Assembly: GCA_963664195.1 (NCBI GenBank)
Contig: OY760907.1
Span: 1,440,001-1,504,000 of the forward strand
Direction of reading: 5' to 3'
From: an uncultured candidate division Zixibacteria bacterium
GTDB lineage: Bacteria > Zixibacteria > MSB-5A5 > GN15 > FEB-12
DNA length: 64,000 bases
Within the stretch, counting starts at the first letter, position 1. Every line of letters begins with the position of its first letter. Below the pieces are notes generated by a model. That model was not told the origin of the DNA and ran no database searches. It saw nothing but the letters and a program-made list of their open reading frames with translations. A program made the translations under genes and the position numbers. Below are positions 10,296-19,300 of the stretch, one piece after another.

Positions 10296-12176
10296 CTACT
10301 TGAGGAGCATCATCTTCTTGGTTTCGGGTTTGTCAGTTCCTGTCATCTTGTAGAAATAGACACCCGAGGACACTGTTGTCCCGGACGCGTTCGTGCCGTC
10401 CCAGACGACCTCGTACACTCCGGCGTCATGGTAGCCGGAAGCCAGCGTTGCTACATGCTGACCGATCACGTTGAACACCGATATATTGATATCGGCAGCC
10501 ACAGGGACGCTGTAGCTGATGGTTGTGGTCGGGTTGAACGGGTTGGGATAGTTGTTGCCAAGAGCGAATGCTGAAGGCAGACTTCCCAGCCCCTTGGAGA
10601 CCAGACGCGTATTCGATCGCTCTTCATTGACAATCAAATCGTCAATAGTGAATTCGACGTTCTGATCGACAACGAACCGTGCGAGCACACCGTCACTGCT
10701 GACACTGGTTCCGGCCACGGCAACGAGAACATCGTCGCCGTTGCGCGCGGATTCGAGGAACCAGTCGCTGTTGGCGGCAGTGACCTGGACGTCACCGGAC
10801 TGTGCGTTGACAGTGAACTGAGCACTGTAGGCATCGCCGCCGTTGCTGATCAGTTCATAGACCTGCTGTGATCCTTCCATGCCGGCCGCTTTCAGGCTCA
10901 GCCCTATCGGGCTGGCAACCTTCGGCATTCCGTTTTCATCGGAGAAGTACCAGTTGCCCGAAACATCGCCGAGAATGACGGCGTAGAAATCGGATCCCGG
11001 CTTGTTGCTGGTAAGCGGGTTCCAGTCATACATCTCACGCGGGGGCAGACCCTCGTCGTCATCGTAGATCGAGAACACCCAGTTGGTGCCGGCGGAGCGC
11101 TTTTTCGGGAAGTAGTCGAAATCGCCGACCAGCCACTGAAGGATCAGCGCTGCGTCATACGCAGACACTTCGCCATTACCGGAAACGTCGGCCGCGACAA
11201 AGTGATGGTAGTCGGTGAACTCGAACAGGCCGACCATATGGCGAAGCACCAGGGAGGCGTCGAACGCCGTGATGGCCTGGTCGTAGTCATCTTGCGTATC
11301 CTTCCAGGCACCCAGACGATAGTGATATTCGGAAGTGACGTCCGGCAGGAAATAGGAACCGCGACGGTCTTCATCATCTCCGATAAGTTCACATGACGTC
11401 TGGACGGTGATATCGTCAATGTTCGGCGGGTTCACCGCGTGCGGATCGGCGATGTAATGGAGTGTCACGTCAGCATCGCAGATCGGATACCCGTTGGCCA
11501 TGTAGGTGATCCTGCCGCTGGCAAACAGGGTTTCGCAGACGATGAAATCACCGATCGACTGGTTGTCGACATAGGTGAGATCCTGTTCATCATCAATATA
11601 GACAAACCACGGATCTACCTCGTTATAGACAAACGAAGTGATATTGAAATCGGCATCATCTCCGGGATCGCCGACGATGAGGAAGCCGATCTTGACCAGT
11701 TCCTCGGGGTCGGTCAACCGTGTGAGGTCCTTGCACTCAGCTGCTGCGATCGAAATCTTGATCGTACCGGCAGAGTTGTTGATTTCATAGTATACGTCGC
11801 CCCAGTGCCAGTCATCATCAAGCATGTCACTGTTGCTCACCGTCACCGCCTGGAGGACGTTTCGGTCGAAGGAGACCTCCATGTCGAAGGAACACATGTC
11901 TTCGTCGGGAGACGATTCCATATTGCAATACGGATAGTAATCGCCGAGCGTGTCGTGATACGGTCGCACCAGATAGTCGGCGTTGCACTGAGTCCTCTGA
12001 CTCCAGGTGGTCCATTCTATGTTGATCGGAAATGCAATCATGTTGCCCTGGTACCAGCAGGTATCCGGCGTCGAAACGCGAACACCCTCGACCACGGCAA
12101 ATGAAGAAACGGAAAAGATGAGCACAATCAGAGTTGTCAGTCCAAAAAACACCATGTTTTTCTTAATAACAGTCAT
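10296..12176 (-). CDS. secreted protein: cohesin-like domain, dockerin-like repeats, FlgD-Ig/T9SS-type C-terminal domain
   Basis: Signal peptide; SFDMEVSFDRNVL; ITAFDASLVLRH and ADVSGNGEVSAYDAALILQW dockerin duplicates; NNYPNPFNP..WDGTN..SGVYFYKM..KMMLLK. Confidence 0.78.
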   Translation of the reverse strand: MTVIKKNMVFFGLTTLIVLIFSVSSFAVVEGVRVSTPDTCWYQGNMIAFPINIEWTTWSQRTQCNADYLVRPYHDTLGDYYPYCNMESSPDEDMCSFDMEVSFDRNVLQAVTVSNSDMLDDDWHWGDVYYEINNSAGTIKISIAAAECKDLTRLTDPEELVKIGFLIVGDPGDDADFNITSFVYNEVDPWFVYIDDEQDLTYVDNQSIGDFIVCETLFASGRITYMANGYPICDADVTLHYIADPHAVNPPNIDDITVQTSCELIGDDEDRRGSYFLPDVTSEYHYRLGAWKDTQDDYDQAITAFDASLVLRHMVGLFEFTDYHHFVAADVSGNGEVSAYDAALILQWLVGDFDYFPKKRSAGTNWVFSIYDDDEGLPPREMYDWNPLTSNKPGSDFYAVILGDVSGNWYFSDENGMPKVASPIGLSLKAAGMEGSQQVYELISNGGDAYSAQFTVNAQSGDVQVTAANSDWFLESARNGDDVLVAVAGTSVSSDGVLARFVVDQNVEFTIDDLIVNEERSNTRLVSKGLGSLPSAFALGNNYPNPFNPTTTISYSVPVAADINISVFNVIGQHVATLASGYHDAGVYEVVWDGTNASGTTVSSGVYFYKMTGTDKPETKKMMLLK

Positions 12177-12836
12177 CGTAACCTCGTAATTACTTAAGAG
12201 TATGCACTTGTCGTTGTCATTTCCGTGAGCACGACAGTGCGGGTTTCGATTTTTGTGTGCTCTGAGTTGTAATCGAAATAGTTAACTAATCAAATTCTGG
12301 TTACTATCACCTCCCTCTCAAGCCGGCGCAACTCTTGCCCCAAACAGGAGTCTCCAGAGTCGCAACGTTCAGGTCTCTTCTCCGGCACAACCGACCGACA
12401 GTCGGTCCCGCAACGGAAATCTTCAGGTCATTCATTTGGTCTTACAACAACGTGGAATTCAATCAACCACCTCCCTCTGCCGAATCGGCTCCATGTAGTG
12501 TGAAGTAGGACTACAGACCGGTAGCTGCGGCCCTCAACAGAGGAACCAGCGCGCTCCGGTACGTAAGGAAGTACCGCCCATAGTGGGCATAGAACTACTG
12601 TATATGATTATGAAAGTGTGTTCGCGTGCAAGACCAGTATCTATCTAACACGCTGTGTGGGCAGTGTCAAGGGAAAAACGAACGGACCGGGAGAAATATA
12701 CACTGTTGGTCTGGTAAACGTTCGACAGAAAACTGGACACGCAATACCAAGAACAACCGGAACCCATTGCCGCAGTGTCTGTTGTCGCTTTTCAAACATA
12801 CTGCCAGGAAGGTTGCCGGAGAGGGGTGGTAACAAT

Positions 12837-13322
12837 CTATACCCAACGACGCACAGATTGCCTGTACGCACGGTAGCTTTCGCCAAAAATGCGAGCCAGC
12901 TTGCACTCTTCGAACGGAATGAAGTATCTGTCCAGTGACACAAGCAATGCGATTGGTAATACGAAAGCACTTACCGACCCCAGTAACACCGATACGCCCA
13001 GCAGCGAACCGATCATGCCGACATAAATCGGATTACGACTGTACCGGTACATGCCGGTCATGATTAGCTTCGACGGTTCCCCGAAGGTCTTGATGGTCGT
13101 CTCGTGTCGTTTGAATTGCCGATCGCCGACTATTGCCATTGCCCCTCCCCCGACTATCAGGAGGATGCCCGCGAGATTCGCCGGGAAACTCCAGAGCTGC
13201 GCGATCGGCGAGACGTAGTGCAGGCCGATTGAACCAACCAGAGCCACACACCACCAGACATCCGGCATGATCCGTTGCTTCGTGCGTTGGTTATCCGCTG
13301 TACCCATTGTGGCTTCTTTCAT
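12837..13322 (-). CDS. isoprenylcysteine carboxyl methyltransferase / PEMT family membrane protein
   Basis: L..TG.YRYSRNPIY.G, I..EE..L...FG..Y..Y...VRRW; GGAGG 9 nt before ATG 13322. Confidence 0.88.
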   Translation of the reverse strand: MKEATMGTADNQRTKQRIMPDVWWCVALVGSIGLHYVSPIAQLWSFPANLAGILLIVGGGAMAIVGDRQFKRHETTIKTFGEPSKLIMTGMYRYSRNPIYVGMIGSLLGVSVLLGSVSAFVLPIALLVSLDRYFIPFEECKLARIFGESYRAYRQSVRRWV

Positions 13323-13392
13323 TGTCCATGTCCTCCAATATCTCCGCACAAGATGCTTGACTCATTAGTTTAGCGGCTATACTTTGTACGCC

Positions 13393-13842
13393 ATGGATTC
13401 ATCAAAGTTGCAGATAGTCGATACGTTGCTGCGTGTTTTTCAGAAGTACGTGAACAACCAGAAGAAAGCCCGACGGTACGGTGTCGATCCGCCGCTATAC
13501 CCCGCCGAGGTGCACATGATTATGCATGTGGCCAACAATCCGGAGGCCGGAGTAACGGAGTTGGCCGCACTCACCGGGGTGACCAAAGGAGCGGTGTCGC
13601 AAATGCTCAACCGGCTGGAGGCGAAGAATCTCATCCGCAAGGAGATCGACTCCGCCAACCAGACGCGCGTGAATCTCACGCTGACTGCCTCGGGCCGCAG
13701 GGCTTTTGCGGCGCACGAGAGGATGCACCGTGAGAACGACCGCGAGTGGCTGGAGTATCTCGACAAACTCACGACGTCAAAAGCGGCCGCGATTCAGGAT
13801 TTCCTGGACTTGTTGGAGACGGGCATTGACCGGCGGAGTTGA
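13393..13842 (+). CDS. MarR-family transcriptional regulator
   Basis: VTELA..GVTKGAVSQMLNRLE.K.LI.K...LT..G winged-helix motif. Confidence 0.9.
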   Translation: MDSSKLQIVDTLLRVFQKYVNNQKKARRYGVDPPLYPAEVHMIMHVANNPEAGVTELAALTGVTKGAVSQMLNRLEAKNLIRKEIDSANQTRVNLTLTASGRRAFAAHERMHRENDREWLEYLDKLTTSKAAAIQDFLDLLETGIDRRS

Positions 13843-13850
13843 TAACCTTT

Positions 13851-13877
13851 GTAGGTCGAAACTCCTGCAGTTTCGAC
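13851..13877 (+). repeat. GTAG-family REP-like palindrome (identical copy at 14076-14102; related copies at 30393-30419 and 49634-49660 on minus)
   Basis: GTAG-GTCGAAACT-CCTGC-AGTTTCGAC; all copies intergenic. Confidence 0.8.
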
Positions 13878-14112
13878 AGGCGATTCCGAATTGCACCCCT
13901 CCTCCGGCGGGCAGACGCAAGCAGTACGGCACAGGAGTCGAGAGGGACAACGGAAAACCGGCAGGGATGAGCCCATCGAAATGGGCTCCCTGCCGGTCTG
14001 TTACCTTCCCACCACAAATGGTAGGCCACCGAGGCTAAGCTGCATCCCACCCGGGGACGGGCGGGCTACCGATCTGTAGGTCGAAACTCCTGCAGTTTCG
14101 ACGGTCCCCACA

Positions 14113-15732
14113 TCACCCCATGAACGGGTAGCGGTAGTCCGTCGGCGGAGCAAACGTCTCTTTGATCGAGCGCGGTGAGGTCCAGCGAAGCATGTTCTGG
14201 ATACCACCCGCCTTGTCGTTTGTACCCGAGGCGCGGCCACCGCCAAACGGCTGTTGACCTACCACTGCGCCGGTCGGTTTGTCATTGATATAGAAGTTAC
14301 CAGCCGCGTTACGGAGCGTGCGCTCGGCCATTGCCACCACTTTGCGGTCGGTTGCCCAGATCGCGCCGGTCAGGGCGTACGGTGAGGTCTGGTCGCACAG
14401 GTGCAGGGTGTTGGCGAAATCAGCGTCCTCGTAGACATAGATCGTTACCACCGGGCCAAAGATTTCCTCAGCCATCAGCTTGAATTTCGGGTCGGTCGTA
14501 ACGACAACCGTCGGCTCAATAAAGTAGCCCTTAGACTTGTCATAACCGCCGCCTATGATGATCTCAGCGTCTTTGGAGTCCCTGGCGTAGTCAATATAGG
14601 CCGTGATAGAATCAAATGCGGAGGCGTCGATAACCGCACTGACAAAATTCTTGCAGTCTTCCGGATCACCCATCTTCAGTTCGCCGGTCTGCTTGAGAAC
14701 GACATCCTTGACTGCCGGCCAGATTGATTTCGGAATGTAGCAACGTGAGGCCGCCGAACACTTCTGACCCTGGAACTCAAAAGCGCCGCGGACAATAGCC
14801 GTTCCGAGCGGACCTGCGGGAGCTGAATTGTGAGCGAAAATGAAGTCCTTACCGCCGGTCTCACCGACAATGCGCGGGTACGACTTGTAGTTGGCGATGT
14901 TCTCGCCAACCGTGCGCCACATCGACTGGAACACCGGAGTGGAGCCGGTGAAATGGATGCCGGCCAGGTTTTCATTGCGGAGGACCGTGTCGCCGATAGC
15001 CGCTCCACGAGCGAAGATCATGTTAATGACACCTTCCGGAAGGCCGGACTCGCGCAAGATCTTCATCAGCAGATGCGAGGTATAGGCCGCGGTCGAAGCC
15101 GGCTTCCAAACCGCCACGTTGCCAAGCATGGCCGGTGCGGTCGGAAGGTTACCGTTGATCGAGACAAAGTTGAACGGCGTCACGGCAAACACAAAACCCT
15201 CGAGCGGGCGATGGTCCATGCGGTTCCACATGGTCGGCGCGCTTTCCGGCTGTACTTCGTAAATCTGCTGCATGTAGAAAGCATTGAAACGCCAGAAGTC
15301 GACCAGTTCGCAGACAGCATCGATCTCCGCCTGGAAGACGGTCTTGGAATGCGCCAGCATTGTGGCAGCGTTCATGATGTGACGGTACGGTCCCGCGAGC
15401 AGATCGGCAGCTTTCAGGAAGATCGCCGCACGGTGTTCCCACGGCATCAATGACCAAGCTGGCTGGGCTTCCATCGCGGAGTCAACAGCCATCTTTACTT
15501 CGGCTTCACCACCCTGATGGTAGTGTCCCAGAGTCAGACCAAGGTTGTGGGGTGACTTGATTTCGATTTTAGTGCCGGTTGTGACATCTTTGCCGTTGAT
15601 GACCAGCGGGATTTCAATCGGGTTGGCCTTAAGGTCGGCCAGGGCCGCCTCGAGCGCCTTTTTATCTGCCGAACCGGGGGCATAATCCCTGACCGGCTCG
15701 TTTTTTGGAGCAGGAACGCGGAATACACTCAT
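14113..15732 (-). CDS. pruA: L-glutamate gamma-semialdehyde (P5C) dehydrogenase
   Basis: P.NEPV..YAPGS, EIDAVCELVDFWRFN, PFNF, FTGST, GETGGKDF, FEFQGQKCSA, EEIFGP, NDKPTGAVVGQQPFGG.RASGTNDKAG. Confidence 0.95.
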   Translation of the reverse strand: MSVFRVPAPKNEPVRDYAPGSADKKALEAALADLKANPIEIPLVINGKDVTTGTKIEIKSPHNLGLTLGHYHQGGEAEVKMAVDSAMEAQPAWSLMPWEHRAAIFLKAADLLAGPYRHIMNAATMLAHSKTVFQAEIDAVCELVDFWRFNAFYMQQIYEVQPESAPTMWNRMDHRPLEGFVFAVTPFNFVSINGNLPTAPAMLGNVAVWKPASTAAYTSHLLMKILRESGLPEGVINMIFARGAAIGDTVLRNENLAGIHFTGSTPVFQSMWRTVGENIANYKSYPRIVGETGGKDFIFAHNSAPAGPLGTAIVRGAFEFQGQKCSAASRCYIPKSIWPAVKDVVLKQTGELKMGDPEDCKNFVSAVIDASAFDSITAYIDYARDSKDAEIIIGGGYDKSKGYFIEPTVVVTTDPKFKLMAEEIFGPVVTIYVYEDADFANTLHLCDQTSPYALTGAIWATDRKVVAMAERTLRNAAGNFYINDKPTGAVVGQQPFGGGRASGTNDKAGGIQNMLRWTSPRSIKETFAPPTDYRYPFMG

Positions 15733-16032
15733 TATATTTCCTCCACACGCCGGGCGTGTTCGCTGCCGCAGGGGGCAGTCTATAACGTAATTGTTGTTCT
15801 ATCTGCAAGCATCCGGGGGGCCGAAGACCGGCTCGGAATTGGAGTAGATAATAACCCTTAACGATAACAGGGGCAAGGAGATTGCGCACGAATTCGGATT
15901 TGCGACACGGTGGGCACTGTTTCGTATTTTGACGTACTTTGAGGTGTCTGGTTGTGAACATTCTCGAGTGCAAATGTTAATATGTGGACAGGTCTGGTGA
16001 TAAGTCGTTGTCGATCCATAATATCGCTTGAC

Positions 16033-16114
16033 TGTGTCATAATTGACACGGGAATGACGCCTGTTTTCAGACGCTTTGTGCCAGTCGAGCATGATATGTG
16101 TCATTATTGACACG
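16033..16114. promoter_or_regulatory. two copies of the palindromic site TGTGTCA-TWAT-TGACACG (16033-16050, 16097-16114), candidate transcription factor or enhancer sites
   Basis: Near-identical 18-bp palindromes 64 bp apart in the divergent pruA / alpha-2-macroglobulin intergenic region. Confidence 0.6.
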
Positions 16115-16308
16115 CCGTATTTCCGTGCTTCCCGGTAAGTCGTTGTAAGACAACACGAAGCGCCGCGGCATGCAGTTTGACTACACATTTAGTAGAAACC
16201 GAGTTGCTGGAAACCTTTGTTGAGGAGTTGACAGTAAGGCTTAAAGCCAATATCCATTACACAAAGGCTGTTCGCCAAAACCTGTGTTCTTCAGAGGGGA
16301 GTTAATCC

Positions 16309-19300
16309 ATGTCCGCGTTTGATCTCAAGCACGCGCCGAAATTCCACGGCAAAAATGCCGCGTCGGTTGTCGCCACTATCATTGCACTGGCGGTGGTACT
16401 TCAGATATCAGTTCTCAGCTCGCCGCCGGGTCCGGATCTGAATGTGAAGGTTGTGTCGCTAAAACCGGATGGTTCTGTTGATGTCGGCAGCAACATAACC
16501 GTCAAGTTTACGAAGGACATGGTCCCCGAGGACAGCCTTGACAAACCGCTGCTGAATCCGCCGCTGGTGATCGAGCCGCCGGTGCAGGGGATCGCAAGAT
16601 GGGTCGAACGGGATATTCTCAGATTCTATCCGGACTCCAAACTTGCCCCGGCGACCGATTACAAAGTGCGTGTCGAGTCAGACTCCGTGTTTGCCCACGG
16701 AAACCGGATCAACGATGACCGGACCTTTGAATTCCACACGGCGTATTTGCGCGTTACCGATAAATGGTCCTACCTGGCGCCGGAACACGGGTCACCTTTC
16801 GCCAACAGAGTTTTCGTACATCTGAACTTCAACAGCGCGGTGGATCTGGAGCAGATCATCGACAAGATCGAGATTGTCGGAGTCGAAGACGCCGACAAGT
16901 CCAGCCTTGATTTTGAAATACGGACCGAATTGGGCGTAGTCGGGAACAAGGCGGCGCCATTGACCGGGTTCTCCCGTTCATGCGAAATCTTCACCGAACC
17001 GATCAAGACCACCACCGAGCGGCAGGAGTACGAGCTTCGTCTGAAAACCGGCCTGGAGTGCGAGGACTGCGGCAAGTCCTTACAGGATGAATTCCGATAT
17101 GCCTTCACAGTGGAACCCCGACAGCGGCTTGAGGTCCGCGAGCTAAACGCGCGACAATCCGGCACCACCTTTGGGTTGGAGTTGTACCTTTCGACTTCTG
17201 TTGACGTCGTTGACCTTGAGAAGTACGTCTCTGTCGAACCGCAAGTCGATTTCACTCTGCGTGACGGGCGATACAATCTCACGCTTCGCGGCGACTTCAA
17301 ACCGGGGCAGACCTACGCCGTCACGGTCGCCGAAGGTGCACCGGCAATCAACGGCTCGATTCTCGAACGAGAGTTTTCGTCCCGTGTGACCGTGCCCGAC
17401 CTCTCCCCCACCGTCAAGTTCACAGCCTCCGGCCAATTCCTGCCAAGAGATGGCAGAGGCAACATAGAAATCAAGACGGTGAACATCGACACGCTCATGC
17501 TTGAGGTGCAGCAGGTTTTCGAAAACAACCTCGTGTATGCGCTTACTAACAATGTTAGCTCAAGGTACGGATACAGCACCGGCGATGACAGCTTCGGTCG
17601 GCGCATTCACTTCAAGAACTACGGTCTTACCTACAACAAAAACGACGAGTTGCTCTCAACGGTCAACGTTCGCGAGTTGATAGGAGACACTACGCGTGGA
17701 CTGTTCGTTGTGACCGCCCGACGCAAGAGTCAACGGTGGACCTCGGACAGTCGCCAGATGATGCTTTCGGATATCGGCATTTCCGCCCGCATGGCTGATG
17801 ACTACCTGATGGTTTGGGCGCATTCGCTCGAGGACACACGCCCGATCAAGAAGGCAACCGTATCGCTCATCAGCAAAAACAACCAGGTGCTTGTCGAGGG
17901 CAAAACCGACTCGCGCGGCATTGTCATATTCGACGATCTCTCGGATCATACCGAAGGTTTCGAGCCGTACTTGATTACTGTGCGATACAAGGACGACCTG
18001 TCGTATCTCAGGTTTGTCGATTGTCTGCTGCCGACGAACGACTTTGATGTTGCCGGACGGCCGTATCTCACCGATGGCTACGAAGCGTTTGTCTATTTTG
18101 ACCGTGACATTTTCCGCCCGGGAGAGACCGCGCATATCGTTTCGATTGTTCGTGCTGCGTCCGGGAAAATGCCCGGGGCGTTTCCATATCTGCTGGAGAT
18201 TCGAGATCCGCAGGGACGGAAGTTCAAAACGCTGAGGCTTACCACAGACGGATCTGCAATGACGGCCACGGACACTGCGATACCTTCGTTCGCTCCCACC
18301 GGACGATACACTGTGACCGCACGGATCGGCGAGGAATACGAAATCGGACGCGCAAGCTTCCTTGTCGAGGAGTTCATGCCCGACAGAATCAAGGTCGAGC
18401 TGGAAACGGCTAAGCCGGCCTATGTCGCGGGCGAGGTGATCAATATCACAGCCGATGCGAAGTTTCTGTTCGGTCCGCCCGCCGCAGCCCATCGCGTAAC
18501 GGGCACGGTGACGATCGAGCAAGACCTGTTCAGGCCTGCCGGATACTCTGCTTACCGTTTCTCAACGAGGAATCGACAGTTCGCCAAATCAGAATCGCGT
18601 CTGCAGGACGCTGTCCTCGGCCAAGACGGTCGCCACACTTACGTGCATCAACTTCCCGCCCGCATGACGGCACCGTCGTCGTTGAAAGCGCTTTTGGCCG
18701 TGTCAGTCTCCGAGGAGGGAGGGCGGACCGTGAGCGCGTATCGTGAGTTGGCGATTCATCCGTATGAGCGCTACCTCGGTTTGAAGACCAACCTTGAGGG
18801 CTATGCAAAACCGGGCGAGCAGATTGCGGCCGATATTGTCGGTCTCGACCCCAAAGGAGTGCCGGTGGCGATTGCGGACGCAAAAGCTGAGTTCTATCGT
18901 GTGATTTACAATTCGGTGCTGAAAAAAGACCGGCGCGGCTACTACCGCTACGTCTCAGAGCGAACTCGCCAACTTGTCGACACGGCGACGGTGAATATCC
19001 CCGTTGAAGGCGCGTCAGTCAGTTTCATCCCCGACGATTACGGCCAATACGAAATCGATGTCACCGACGCTTCCAGCGGTCACCAGAGTACGGTGTCATT
19101 TTATGCTTCCGGCTGGGGGTATGCACCGTGGTCGATGGAGGAGCCGGACAAGATTGAGTTGGGGCTTGATCGCGAATCGTACGAACCCGGCGAGACGGCC
19201 AGGGTGCAGGTGCGGGCACCGTTTGCCGGCACGCTGTTATTGACGGTCGAGCGCGACCAGGTGCTGGACATTGTCACTGTCGATATGGAAGAGAATACGG

